A stretch of DNA of 64,000 bases from Granulicella sp. (GTDB taxonomy: Bacteria; Acidobacteriota; Terriglobia; Terriglobales; Acidobacteriaceae): NCBI GenBank assembly GCA_027450185.1, contig DAIDKF010000004.1:14044-78043 (forward strand), in the 5' to 3' direction. The notes under the pieces are model-generated. The model did no database searches and was not told the origin of the DNA. It was given only the letters and a program-made list of their open reading frames with translations. This document shows positions 1 to 9,729 of this stretch, piece after piece. The translations under genes were made by a program, and so were the position numbers. Position 1 is the first letter of the stretch. Each line of letters begins with the position of its first letter.

Positions 1-1
1 T

Positions 2-643
2 GGCCAGTTTCCAACAATCCCCCTGCATCAGCGTGAGTTTCCGCGGGGTGCATTCCTGATCAAGCGCGTGCTGGACGTGTTGTTATCGACACTGGCGCTG
101 GTGATGGCGTCGCCATTCATGCTGCTGATCGCGCTGCTGATACGGATGGATTCACCGGGGCCGATCTTCTATCGCGCGGCGCGCATTGGCCGAAAGGGAC
201 GGACCTTCACCTGCTATAAGTTCCGTACAATGGTTGCCCATGCGGACAAGATGCGGGAGGATCTGGCGCATAAGAACGAGCGCGATGGAATTTTGTTCAA
301 GATGAGCAATGACCCGCGCATTACACGCGTGGGTGTGTGGTTGCGGAAGTATTCGCTGGACGAGTTGCCACAGTTCTTCAATGTACTGATGGGCGATATG
401 AGCCTGGTGGGACCGCGGCCGCCATTGGCCTCCGAAGTGAAGAAGTATGATCTGGCCCATCTGCGCCGGCTGGATGTGCTACCAGGTATTACCGGATTGT
501 GGCAGGTGGAAGCGCGTCAGGACCCGTCGTTTGATAGTTATATTTCACTCGATACGGCGTATGTGGAGAACTGGAACCTTATGCTGGACCTGCGGATCCT
601 CGCACGTACGGTTGGGGTCGTGCTGGGTGGAACAGGCTCTTAG
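2..643 (+). CDS. Polyprenyl-phosphate sugar transferase (WcaJ/EpsL-like), 5' truncated by the window edge
   Basis: Frame open from position 2; Bac_transf motifs KFRTM, DPRITRVG, SLDELPQFFNVL, MSLVGPRP, PGITGLWQV. Confidence 0.9.
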   Translation, partial: GQFPTIPLHQREFPRGAFLIKRVLDVLLSTLALVMASPFMLLIALLIRMDSPGPIFYRAARIGRKGRTFTCYKFRTMVAHADKMREDLAHKNERDGILFKMSNDPRITRVGVWLRKYSLDELPQFFNVLMGDMSLVGPRPPLASEVKKYDLAHLRRLDVLPGITGLWQVEARQDPSFDSYISLDTAYVENWNLMLDLRILARTVGVVLGGTGS

Positions 644-690
644 AAGAAAGAAACAGAGATTCCATCATGTCCTCGCGATAGACTGTAAGG

Positions 691-2400
691 GTGCGGATCG
701 CGCTGGCGCAAATCAATCCAACCGTTGGAGACTTCTCAGGAAACCTGAAGAAGATCGCGGAGTTTGTCGAACGTGCGGCGGCCGAGAACGCTGCGCTTGT
801 GATGTTTCCTGAACTTGCGACCTGCGGGTATCCTCCGGCTGATTTACTGGAAAAAGATGCCTTTGTGCAGCGCGCCGAGGAGACTCTGGCTACCGTTGCG
901 GAGTTGACGCGCGGAGTGGATAGACCGGCAGTGTTGTGCGGCTCGCCGATGCGCTGCGAGAGTGCTTCGGGCAAGCGAGTCCGCAACGTTGCTGCGTTGA
1001 TGGAAGACGGCGCCATCAAGTTTGTGCAGCAGAAGATGCTGCTGCCGTACTATGACGTGTTTGACGAGCAGCGATACTTCGAGCCGGGGCAGCAACAATC
1101 GCTGACTGTGGTGAAGGGGCAGGCCGTTGCAATTACGATCTGCGAAGACGCCTGGAACGATAAGGGGTTCTGGCCGCGGCAACTCTATCCTGTGGATCCG
1201 ATCGAAGAGTTGATGCGACAGTGGGCTGCGCTTCCCCAGCCGCTCAGCGGGCATCGGCTGATCCTGAATATATCCGCATCGCCGTTCTGTCATGGGAAGC
1301 TCGCAGTGCGGCAGCGAATGATTGGAGCGCTGGCGAAGAGACATGGAGCGACCGTCCTGATGGTCAACCAGGCGGGGGCAAACGATAGTCTGATCTTTGA
1401 CGGGGGCTCGTTTGCGGTTGGGCCGAGGGGGGATGTTTTTGCACAGAGCTGTTGCTTTGCCGAGGATCTGATGGTTGTTGAGACCGAGATGACGAGCGGG
1501 GCTTCAAGCGTATCCGCGGCGTCTGGCGAAGTTGAGGGCAATCAACGGACGGAGAGAACCTGGGATGCGCTGGTGCTGGGTACACGGGACTACCTGAGGA
1601 AGTGCGGTTTTACGAAGGCAATTGTGGGATTGAGCGGAGGGATCGACTCGGCGCTGGTCGCGACGATTGCCGTGGAAGCACTGGGAGCGGAGAACGTGCA
1701 GGGGATTGGAATGCCCAGCGAATTTTCGTCCAGTGGCTCGATCACGGATGCCGAGAAACTGGCTCGCAATCTTGGGATTGCATTCTCTACGGCCCCGATT
1801 CGCGAGATTTATACGCAGTTCTCGACGACGCTGGAGCCTGTATTTGCAGCGATGGGTGCGAGAACCAGCTTTGGACTCGCCGAGGAGAATCTGCAGCCGC
1901 GAATTCGTGGGAGTTTGCTGATGGCGCTCTCCAATAAGACCGGCGCGCTGGTGTTGACGACAGGAAACAAAAGCGAGATGGCCTGCGGGTATTGCACCCT
2001 CTATGGCGACATGGTGGGAGCGCTGGCGGTCATCGGCGATGTATACAAGACGGAGGTCTATGAGCTGAGTCAATGGGTCAATCGCGAGCGCGAGGTGATT
2101 CCAAACGATACACTGACCAAGCCGCCTTCTGCGGAGCTGCGACCAGGGCAGAAGGACACGGACTCGCTGCCACCGTATGATGTGCTGGATCCTATAGTGC
2201 GGGCGTATATCGAGGAGTACAGCTCGGCGGAGGATATTGTTCGCACGCAAGGCGTGGACCTGGAGTTGGTACGGAGGGTGATTCGACTGGTGGAGATGAG
2301 CGAGTACAAGCGCCAGCAGGCCGCACCGGTTCTGAAGGTTTCGAGAAAGTCGTTTGGCCTGGGGCGAAGGTTTCCGATCGCAGCCAGACGCGAGGTTTAG
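691..2400 (+). CDS. nadE: Glutamine-dependent NAD+ synthetase
   Basis: N-terminal nitrilase-like domain (FPEL, YDVFDE.RYF, ICED) and C-terminal NAD synthase domain (GLSGGIDS, TGNKSE, GYCTLYGDM, KPPSAEL). Confidence 0.95.
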   Translation: MRIALAQINPTVGDFSGNLKKIAEFVERAAAENAALVMFPELATCGYPPADLLEKDAFVQRAEETLATVAELTRGVDRPAVLCGSPMRCESASGKRVRNVAALMEDGAIKFVQQKMLLPYYDVFDEQRYFEPGQQQSLTVVKGQAVAITICEDAWNDKGFWPRQLYPVDPIEELMRQWAALPQPLSGHRLILNISASPFCHGKLAVRQRMIGALAKRHGATVLMVNQAGANDSLIFDGGSFAVGPRGDVFAQSCCFAEDLMVVETEMTSGASSVSAASGEVEGNQRTERTWDALVLGTRDYLRKCGFTKAIVGLSGGIDSALVATIAVEALGAENVQGIGMPSEFSSSGSITDAEKLARNLGIAFSTAPIREIYTQFSTTLEPVFAAMGARTSFGLAEENLQPRIRGSLLMALSNKTGALVLTTGNKSEMACGYCTLYGDMVGALAVIGDVYKTEVYELSQWVNREREVIPNDTLTKPPSAELRPGQKDTDSLPPYDVLDPIVRAYIEEYSSAEDIVRTQGVDLELVRRVIRLVEMSEYKRQQAAPVLKVSRKSFGLGRRFPIAARREV

Positions 2401-2480
2401 TTCCGGGCCGTCAGGCCAGAATCTGATTTGAGGAGAGATAGACAGTAATGAGAAGTTTGACGTTGACTGAGGTTGAGAGC

Positions 2481-3503
2481 ATGAAGAAGGTGGCGTGGAT
2501 AGCGGTGTTGGCGATGATAGGAGCAGGAGCGCCGGGGATGGCGCAAGCCCCTCCAGTGGTATCGCCAGCGACAGCGGAGGCACAACAGGCCAGTGAGCCC
2601 CAAGCACCAGCGCCTCACGCCGCGCCGGTCGACCCGTTCCCCCCGATTAGCCTGAAGAATTTTACGGCAGACGCTCCGACGACCGCAGAGGTGAACGCAT
2701 TTCTTAAGAATGTCTGGGGCTATGATCCCAATCGGATTTGGAGCGTGGCTGCAATCCAGAAGACGGCGGCTCCTGGAGTGGTGCGAGTGGTGGTGTATGC
2801 AGCGGATAAGACACAGCCGGGGAAGTTGAGCCAAAGCGAGTTCTTTATCACGCCCGATGGCAAGCATGCCATTGCGGGAGGAGTGGTCGACTTTGGGGAG
2901 AAGCCGTTTGAGGCGCGTCGAGCGATATTACAAATGCAAGCGAATGGGCCGGCGGAGGGCGCTGCAAGCAAAGACCTGCTCCTGGTCGAGTTCTCCGACC
3001 TGCTAAACGCACGCTCCAAAGAAGCACAGGAGGCAATCGACAATCTCGCGAAGGAGATTCCGCAGGCGAGGATTGTATTCGAGAATCTGCCGGCGGATGG
3101 CAGCATCTATGCATTCCATGCAGCGGAGGTGGGGGTCTGCGTGCGCAAGACCAAGGGAGATGCAGCGTTCTTTACCTATGCGGATGAGGTCTTCGCCAAG
3201 CAGTCCGGGTTGACCCCAGCGACGGTAGAGGCAGCGCTGAACGCTGCGGCTGCGGCCGCGGGTGCGGACCCGAAGGCGGTCGAGGCCTGTGCTGCGTTGC
3301 CGGCAACCAAGGCGGATGTGGAGGCTTCCATTGCACTGGCCAAGTCGGTGAATGTTGATGCAGCCCCAGCATTGGTGGTCAATGGAAGGATCATTTCGCC
3401 GGCGGCGGTTCCCTATGAGACGCTGAAACGGATCATCGCTTACCAGGCCCAGTCCGATGGTCTTACCGTTCAGGTACAGCCGACGCTCACGACCTTAAAG
3501 TAG
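2481..3503 (+). CDS. Exported DsbA/thioredoxin-fold protein lacking the CxxC motif
   Basis: Signal peptide; FITPDGKHAI; LLLVEFSD followed by LLNARSK where QCPxC is expected; PALVVNGR C-terminal motif. Start could also be 2448. Confidence 0.75.
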   Translation: MKKVAWIAVLAMIGAGAPGMAQAPPVVSPATAEAQQASEPQAPAPHAAPVDPFPPISLKNFTADAPTTAEVNAFLKNVWGYDPNRIWSVAAIQKTAAPGVVRVVVYAADKTQPGKLSQSEFFITPDGKHAIAGGVVDFGEKPFEARRAILQMQANGPAEGAASKDLLLVEFSDLLNARSKEAQEAIDNLAKEIPQARIVFENLPADGSIYAFHAAEVGVCVRKTKGDAAFFTYADEVFAKQSGLTPATVEAALNAAAAAAGADPKAVEACAALPATKADVEASIALAKSVNVDAAPALVVNGRIISPAAVPYETLKRIIAYQAQSDGLTVQVQPTLTTLK

Positions 3504-3533
3504 AGGCAGAATGGGCAGACAGGACATCAGATC

Positions 3534-4316
3534 GTGAAGATTGCCGTGGTCTCTCCGCATCGCGGGGACGCGGCTTTCGCACTCGACCTTACCGTGGCGG
3601 CCTGGCTCGAGCAGGGCCACGCCATCGAGGTGATGAGTTGCTTCACGCGCAGTGAGTTCGCACCTTACTCGGATGTTCGGTCGGTGCATGCAAACGATCG
3701 TGTTTCGTTTGTGACGGCTGTGCGCAAGCGCGAGGAGGAGGCGTGGCGTAAGCGGTTTGGTGCGGCGAAGTTGGCAATCACAGACCTCAATGTGAAGGAT
3801 GCGCCGATCCGGCTGCATTGCTCGCCGGAGGAGGTGTTTGGGCGTCCGGCGGATGTCTCGGAGAAGGTGTTGTCGAAGGTCCGCAGAGCGCTTGAGGGGA
3901 GCAAGGCGGGAGCGGTTGTGCTGCCGCTAGGGCTCAGCGGGCATGTGGATCATGTGAGCGCCCGCGATGCTGCGCTGAGTGTGCTGGCCTTGGCCGACTT
4001 GCCCACGGCATTTTACGAGGAGCTTCCCGACGCGGCGGCCGCAGGTGCGGAAGGAGCGATCGAGGGAGCAGTCCATGCGCTCTCACTGTCGCTACAGTGC
4101 GAGTTGCAGCCGGTATATGCGACTGAGCCCCGACAGACGAACGACGCGATTGTGGAGGCAGTGCAAAGCAAACGGCGTGCCGCCTGGTGCTACGACTCGC
4201 AGATCGACGAGGCTGTGACGACACAGATTGCGGAGTTCTGCCAACGCTACCAGGGCCGCGAACGCTTGTGGGTTAATGCGGCGTGGCTGCGTGGCGGCAT
4301 GTTGATGCACGAGTGA
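3534..4316 (+). CDS. PIG-L/LmbE family deacetylase-like protein
   Basis: VVSPHRGDAA (variant of PHxDD), R..EE, GHVDH, FYEELP, YDSQ motifs. Confidence 0.75.
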   Translation: MKIAVVSPHRGDAAFALDLTVAAWLEQGHAIEVMSCFTRSEFAPYSDVRSVHANDRVSFVTAVRKREEEAWRKRFGAAKLAITDLNVKDAPIRLHCSPEEVFGRPADVSEKVLSKVRRALEGSKAGAVVLPLGLSGHVDHVSARDAALSVLALADLPTAFYEELPDAAAAGAEGAIEGAVHALSLSLQCELQPVYATEPRQTNDAIVEAVQSKRRAAWCYDSQIDEAVTTQIAEFCQRYQGRERLWVNAAWLRGGMLMHE

Positions 4317-4340
4317 GTCCAGGATTTCTAGAGCAGGGTC

Positions 4341-5375
4341 TTAGATAAGGCTTGTCCAGTCCAGAACGACCTTCCCCGCCTGCCCGGAGATCATCGCTTC
4401 GAAGCCCTTCTGAAAATCACTGAAGGCAAATCGATGCGTAATGACTGGCTCAATATCGACGCCTGATTCCAACATCACTGACATCTTGTACCAGGTCTCA
4501 TACATCTCGCGCCCGTAGATTCCTTTAATCGTGAGCATATTGAAGATGACGTCGCGCCAGTTCATCGGCGCTTCCTTCGCGGGGATACCTAGAATGGCAA
4601 TCTTTCCGCCATGGCACATGTTCGAGATCATGTCGCGCAGGGCCTGCGGGTTGCCGGACATCTCCAGCCCCACGTCAAATCCCTCCTGCATTCCCAACTG
4701 CTTCTGCACCTCCGCAAGGGGCGACTGCATGGGATTGACCGCGAGCGTGGCCCCCATCTTACGGGCTAAATCCAGACGGTAGGGATTCATATCCGTAATG
4801 ACAATGTGCCGCGCACCTGCGTGTCTCGCCACGGGAATCGCCATGATCCCGATTGGCCCAGCGCCGGTGATCAGCACGTCTTCGCCCAGCAGCGGGAACG
4901 ACAGAGCCGTATGCACGGCATTGCCAAAGGGATCGAAGATCGCAGCAACCTCCTGATTGATGTGCGGATCATGCCGCCAGATATTGCTCATTGGCAGGGA
5001 GATAAATTCCGCAAACGCACCAGGCCGATTGACCCCGACGCCCAGCGTGTGCGCGCACAGATGGCGACGCCCTGCGAGACAATTTCGGCACCGTCCACAT
5101 GTCACATGGCCTTCTCCGCTGACGATGTCGCCGGGATAAAAGTCGTTCACATTCGATCCCACCGCAACGATCTCGCCGACAAACTCATGCCCAATTGCCA
5201 TCGGCACGGGAATGGTCTTCTGTGCCCATTCGTCCCACTGATAAATGTGTACATCGGTACCGCAGATGCCCGTATACCGCACCCGGATCAGAGCATCATT
5301 GATGCCGATTGCCGGCTGGGCAATCTCTTCCAGCCAAAGCCCCTGTTCCGCACGACTCTTTACCAAAGCCTTCAT
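4341..5375 (-). CDS. tdh: L-threonine 3-dehydrogenase
   Basis: [64 protein letters not shown]; AGGAG ribosome-binding site before MKALVK. Confidence 0.95.
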   Translation of the reverse strand: MKALVKSRAEQGLWLEEIAQPAIGINDALIRVRYTGICGTDVHIYQWDEWAQKTIPVPMAIGHEFVGEIVAVGSNVNDFYPGDIVSGEGHVTCGRCRNCLAGRRHLCAHTLGVGVNRPGAFAEFISLPMSNIWRHDPHINQEVAAIFDPFGNAVHTALSFPLLGEDVLITGAGPIGIMAIPVARHAGARHIVITDMNPYRLDLARKMGATLAVNPMQSPLAEVQKQLGMQEGFDVGLEMSGNPQALRDMISNMCHGGKIAILGIPAKEAPMNWRDVIFNMLTIKGIYGREMYETWYKMSVMLESGVDIEPVITHRFAFSDFQKGFEAMISGQAGKVVLDWTSLI

Positions 5376-5564
5376 CTTGCGCGCTCCTGTCCAGGCATCC
5401 GTACATTCTGTACTCATTCAAGAACATACGTACCGACGACTATGATATCCCGGCCCATGCGGCGCAGCGAAACGCCGTAGAGATCAGGGTCTCACCGCAA
5501 ACAAAGTTCTTTTCAAGGCAAACATGATCTGAACGGTTCATCCTGCATTAGAAAAGAGTTGTTC

Positions 5565-5592
5565 TTGACATCGCTGTCCGCACACATAAACT
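5565..5592 (+). promoter_or_regulatory. Putative sigma70 promoter for the epimerase-glycosyltransferase operon
   Basis: TTGACA (5565-5570), 16-nt spacer, TAAACT (5587-5592). Confidence 0.55.
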
Positions 5593-5718
5593 TGGATTAG
5601 AGACCTTACAACGAATTCAGCAGTTCGGGGTTCAAAAGAAGCGGAACAAAGTTGGAAGAGCGGTGAGGATAAGAGCCGCCATAGTCGTTCTACGGACCTG
5701 GGTTAGATTGGAGCTTTG

Positions 5719-6711
5719 ATGAACCTCAAAGGAGAGACCGCGGTTGTGTGCGGTGCGGGCGGCTTTATTGGCGGACACCTGGTCAAGAGCCTGATGGCAA
5801 ATGGAGTGAAGGTTGTTCGGGCTGTGGATGTGAAGCCGGTGGAGGATTGGTATCTGGTGACGGAGGGGGTCGAGAACCTGTCTCTGGATCTGAAGGACAA
5901 GGCGAACTGCATGGTGGCGGCGGAGGGTGTGGCGCTGGTGTACCAGTTGGCCGCGGATATGGGCGGGATGGGCTTTATTGAGAACAATAAGGCGCTGTGT
6001 ATGCTGAGCGTGCTGACCAATACGCATATGCTGATGGCGGCGCAGGAGAAGGGTGTGCGGCGGTTCTTTTACTCGTCGTCGGCGTGCGTGTATAACGGCG
6101 AAAAACAGACGAATCCGAATGTGGTGGCGCTGAAGGAGTCGGATGCTTACCCGGCGCTGCCGGAGGATGGGTATGGGTGGGAGAAGCTGTTCTCGGAGCG
6201 GATGTGCCGGCACTTTGAAGAGGATTATGGGCTGGTGTGCCGGATGGCGCGCTACCACAATGTGTATGGGCCGCATGGGACGTGGGCTGGCGGACGGGAG
6301 AAGGCCCCGGCGGCGATCTGCCGGAAGGTGATTGAGGCGAAGAACTCGGGCGTGCATGAGATTAATATCTGGGGCGATGGGAAGCAGACGCGCAGCTTCA
6401 TGTATATCGACGACTGCGTACAGGGTACCCAGATGATTATGGAGAGCGAGATCGATGAGCCGATCAACCTTGGGTCGAGCGAGTTGGTGACGATCAATCA
6501 GCTGGTGGATATTGTCGAGGACATTGCGGGGATCAAACTGAAGCGGATGTATGACCTGAACGCGCCGAAGGGTGTGAACGGACGCAACAGCGACAACACG
6601 ATGATCCAGGAGAAGCTGGGATGGGAGCCGTCGATCCGGCTGCGCGACGGGATGGAGCGGACCTATCGCTGGATTGAACGGGAGATCGCAACCGGCGCCA
6701 AGGGGAAGTGA
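5719..6711 (+). CDS. NAD-dependent epimerase, GDP-mannose 3',5'-epimerase (GME)-like
   Basis: GAGGFIG, LAADMGGMGFI, SSSACVY, YGWEK, HNVYGP.GTW.GGREKAPAAICRKV, characteristic of the GME subfamily. Confidence 0.85.
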   Translation: MNLKGETAVVCGAGGFIGGHLVKSLMANGVKVVRAVDVKPVEDWYLVTEGVENLSLDLKDKANCMVAAEGVALVYQLAADMGGMGFIENNKALCMLSVLTNTHMLMAAQEKGVRRFFYSSSACVYNGEKQTNPNVVALKESDAYPALPEDGYGWEKLFSERMCRHFEEDYGLVCRMARYHNVYGPHGTWAGGREKAPAAICRKVIEAKNSGVHEINIWGDGKQTRSFMYIDDCVQGTQMIMESEIDEPINLGSSELVTINQLVDIVEDIAGIKLKRMYDLNAPKGVNGRNSDNTMIQEKLGWEPSIRLRDGMERTYRWIEREIATGAKGK

Positions 6712-6714
6712 TCC

Positions 6715-7473
6715 ATGCCGCCGGTTGATGGTGATCAACGGACGATTCTGGGAATCAGGTTTTTTCTGGGGACAGCGACGCAGGCCGTGGAGCGGATGCG
6801 GGACGGCGGGCTGCTGGTGATTCCGGCTGCGCCGGCGCTGAAGGATGTGGGAACCAACGCACAATACCGCGAGGCCTTGCTGCAGGCGGATGTGGTCCTT
6901 ACGGACTCGGCGTACATGGTGATGGTGTGGAACCGGCTGCAGCATGATTCGATACGGCGGTTGTCGGGGCTGGAGTACCTGCGCGAGTTGCTGCGGCAGC
7001 AGGAGGTTCGCAAGCCGGGGAACGTGGTGTGGATTATGGCGAGCCAGGTCAGTGCGGAGCGGAATGTGACGTGGCTTGCAGAACAAGGAATTAACTTGCC
7101 CTCGGAGTGCGTGTACCTGGCGCCGATGTATGCGCAGGAAACGATTGCGGATGCTGAGCTGCGGGAAAAAATCGAGCGGACTCGGCCACAGCATGTGATT
7201 GTGACGCTAGGCGGCGGAACACAGGAACGGGTTGGCTTATATCTGAAGCGCAACCTGAGCTACCAGCCAGCAATTCACTGCGTTGGTGCGGCAATTGCGT
7301 TTCTTAGCGGCGATCAGGTGCGCATCCCGATGTGGGCGGATCGGAGGTACCTGGGATGGCTCTATCGCTGCATCTCTGAGCCTAGACGTTACGTGCCACG
7401 GTACTGGCGCGCGCGAAAGCTGCTGTACTTGCTGGCTCGCTACAGGGAGCGACTGCCAGCGCTGCACGACTAG
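6715..7473 (+). CDS. WecB/TagA/CpsF (GT26) family glycosyltransferase
   Basis: LTDS, RLSG, TLGGGTQE, CVGAAIAFLSG, LGWLYRC..EPRRY..RY. Confidence 0.85.
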   Translation: MPPVDGDQRTILGIRFFLGTATQAVERMRDGGLLVIPAAPALKDVGTNAQYREALLQADVVLTDSAYMVMVWNRLQHDSIRRLSGLEYLRELLRQQEVRKPGNVVWIMASQVSAERNVTWLAEQGINLPSECVYLAPMYAQETIADAELREKIERTRPQHVIVTLGGGTQERVGLYLKRNLSYQPAIHCVGAAIAFLSGDQVRIPMWADRRYLGWLYRCISEPRRYVPRYWRARKLLYLLARYRERLPALHD

Positions 7474-7516
7474 ACTGTTGCAGGAACTTCGTTACAGGTT
7501 GTGGGTTATAGGATCT

Positions 7517-8287
7517 ATGAGATTTCGACTGGTTGGTTTTCTACTCTTGCTTGGGTGTGGTGTTGCATGGTCTGCTCAGGTGCAGGGGCCGGGTGGGCGC
7601 GTGTCCGTGGCGGAGCAGTATTTATTTTCAGCGGCGAATGCGGAGCGGATGCAAAGGGGATTGCAGCCGTTGCGGTGGAGCGACTCGCTGTATCGCGCTG
7701 CCTATGGGCATGCGCAGGCGATGGCAGAGCACGAGGGAATCTCGCACCAGTTTCAAGGTGAGCCGGATCTGACTGCGCGTGGAGAGACAGCAGGTGCGCG
7801 CTTCAGTGTGATCTCGGAGAATGTGGCAGAGGCACCGAGCGCGGTGCTGATTCAGGAGGAGTGGATGCACTCGCCCAAGCATAGAGAGAATATGCTGGAC
7901 CCGCGCGTGGATTCGATTGCGATCCGCGTGGTAAGCAGGGATGGGGAGTTGTATGCGGTGGAAGACTTCGACCGCTCGGTAACGAAGTTGTCGCTGGGGC
8001 AGCAGGAGAGTGCGGTAGGACAGCGGTTGCAGGCCACAGGGCTGGTCTCGATCCTGCCCACGACGGAGAATGCACGGAAGACCTGTGCGATGGATTCAGG
8101 GTATGCGGGCAATCGGCGACCGTGGTTCATTATGCGCTACACGGCAACCGATCTGAATCAGCTTCCGAATATGCTGGAGCAGAAGCTTGCCAGTGGAAGG
8201 TATCACGAGGCGGAGGTCGGTGCGTGCCGAGTGGAGTCCACCAATAATTTCACGGCGTATAGCATTGCAGTGATGCTGTACCGGTAG
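7517..8287 (+). CDS. Secreted CAP/SCP-domain protein
   Basis: Signal peptide; N.ER...GL.PL.W, A..HA..MA, ISHQF, ENVA, WMHSPKHRENML. Confidence 0.85.
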   Translation: MRFRLVGFLLLLGCGVAWSAQVQGPGGRVSVAEQYLFSAANAERMQRGLQPLRWSDSLYRAAYGHAQAMAEHEGISHQFQGEPDLTARGETAGARFSVISENVAEAPSAVLIQEEWMHSPKHRENMLDPRVDSIAIRVVSRDGELYAVEDFDRSVTKLSLGQQESAVGQRLQATGLVSILPTTENARKTCAMDSGYAGNRRPWFIMRYTATDLNQLPNMLEQKLASGRYHEAEVGACRVESTNNFTAYSIAVMLYR

Positions 8288-8302
8288 TTGGGTTGTGATG
8301 CG

Positions 8303-8881
8303 TCAGGCGGTGACGGGATCGACTCCGGCTTCGGCAAGTTCCTCGGCGGTGGCGGGCTGGGTAGGCTCCATTTGGAGGAGATTGTTGAAGCGGTTGAAGT
8401 AGTTGAAGAGGCCGATGGCGCAGAGGAGTTCGACGACTTCGCCCTCGGAGTAGAAGCGGCGGAGGCTGGTCATGTCGGCGTCGGTGAATTCGTGTGAGTG
8501 GAGGGTCATGGACTCGGCGAGGTGAATGGCTTCCTTCTCGGCCTCGCTGAAGAACGTGCTGGTCTGCCAGTCGTAGAGCGCGGCGAGGTGTTCGGGTGTC
8601 CAATCCAACTTGAGACAGATGGCGGTGTGGCTAGCCAGGCAGTAGGCGGTTCCGTTGAGCTGCGAGGTGCGCACGACGACGAGCTCCTTGAGCCGGGTAG
8701 GGAGGGTCCCGGTGTTGAGGACGGCGTTCATGTGTGCGGCCATGGTCTGCATGATCTCTGGCCGATGAGCGACGGTGCGGAAGAAGTAGGGGACGTTGCC
8801 GCGATCATGCAGAAAGCGGTCGTAGATGCCGCGGAGTTCGGGACTTGCCTCGGAACGATTCAGGCGGCTGATGCGTGGCAT
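8303..8881 (-). CDS. Carboxymuconolactone decarboxylase/AhpD-like peroxidase-related protein
   Basis: LKELVVVRTSQLNGTAYCLASH; FNYFNRFN C-terminal motif; AAGGAG ribosome-binding site. Confidence 0.85.
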   Translation of the reverse strand: MPRISRLNRSEASPELRGIYDRFLHDRGNVPYFFRTVAHRPEIMQTMAAHMNAVLNTGTLPTRLKELVVVRTSQLNGTAYCLASHTAICLKLDWTPEHLAALYDWQTSTFFSEAEKEAIHLAESMTLHSHEFTDADMTSLRRFYSEGEVVELLCAIGLFNYFNRFNNLLQMEPTQPATAEELAEAGVDPVTA

Positions 8882-8919
8882 GGAGGCTCCTTACAAACGA
8901 CAACCAGAATAACGCCTCT

Positions 8920-8948
8920 TTGACCCACCGTCGCGCATTTGCTATAAA
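8920..8948 (+). promoter_or_regulatory. sigma70 promoter of tRNA-Asn
   Basis: TTGACC (8920-8925), 17-nt spacer, TATAAA (8943-8948). Confidence 0.6.
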
Positions 8949-8990
8949 GAAGGTAGAGCAACCGCCTGGTTGCCGGCGTTGATAACGCGA

Positions 8991-9065
<75 letters not shown>

Positions 9066-9092
9066 ATAAAGTACAACATATTAGCAAGTTGC

Positions 9093-9119
9093 AGAGGCCA
9101 TCCGAGAGGTGGTCTTTTT
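9093..9119 (+). terminator. Intrinsic terminator after tRNA-Asn
   Basis: GAGGCCATC-CGAGA-GGTGGTCTT hairpin followed by a T-run. Confidence 0.65.
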
Positions 9120-9348
9120 CGTTTTGGTTTGGTGGCTGTTTTGATGGCTGTGAGGAGATTTTGTCATCCCTATCTCCTCTTCGCAATTACAACAGCTTGC
9201 TAAGAGAGACGTTTTCCAGGGTAAGCGCATATTGCAGTCCCTGGAAGAGCAGACGGAGAACGCTTCTTCTATAGCCAACCCCACTCTAATCCCACGATAA
9301 GAGACTGCTTGTCGTGAGCCGCTAAGCACATGTGCAAGGAGTCTCTGG

Positions 9349-9590
9349 ATGGATGAGTTCGAGGGTCTAAGCCACTCGAAGTGGGGATGCTAGTACCACA
9401 CCACCGAAGTACGCAGTGAGTCAGGTGGTGTGGTTCATCAAAGGCAAGAGCACAATCCATCTGGCACGGGTGTACGGAGAGCGGAAGCAGAACTACGCAG
9501 GGCAGAGCTTTTGAGCTCGCGGATACTTCGTCTCAACCGTAGGCCGGGATGAGGCGACGATCCTGGAATCATATATGCAACTCTGAAAGG
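9349..9590 (+). pseudogene. tnpA: IS200/IS605-family TnpA (HUH Y1 transposase) remnant
   Basis: Translates MDEFEGLSHSKWGC*YH, then after a frame shift and internal deletion PPKYAVSQVVWFIKGKSTIHLARVYGERKQNYAGQSF*ARGYFVSTVGRDE. It has two in-frame stops and lacks the HUH region. AAGGAG ribosome-binding site upstream. Confidence 0.85.
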
Positions 9591-9729
9591 AGCAGAAGCT
9601 TCTCGCCCAAGAGATCGGATCGATTGTGTCCAGAGCCGACGCCAGCCAGGGGGGTCTTTGGCGTCAGCAGCACCAGCGGACCCACAAATCAGTGCTCTGC
9701 ATCCCTGCTTCAAATACAAGCGAGATCCA

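Noticed and set aside
5632-7194. 520-aa antisense ORF, and similar ones such as 34658-36397, 25229-26242 and 26127-27203
   Set aside because: They lie opposite well-supported genes, have no recognisable motifs and are expected in high-GC3 DNA.
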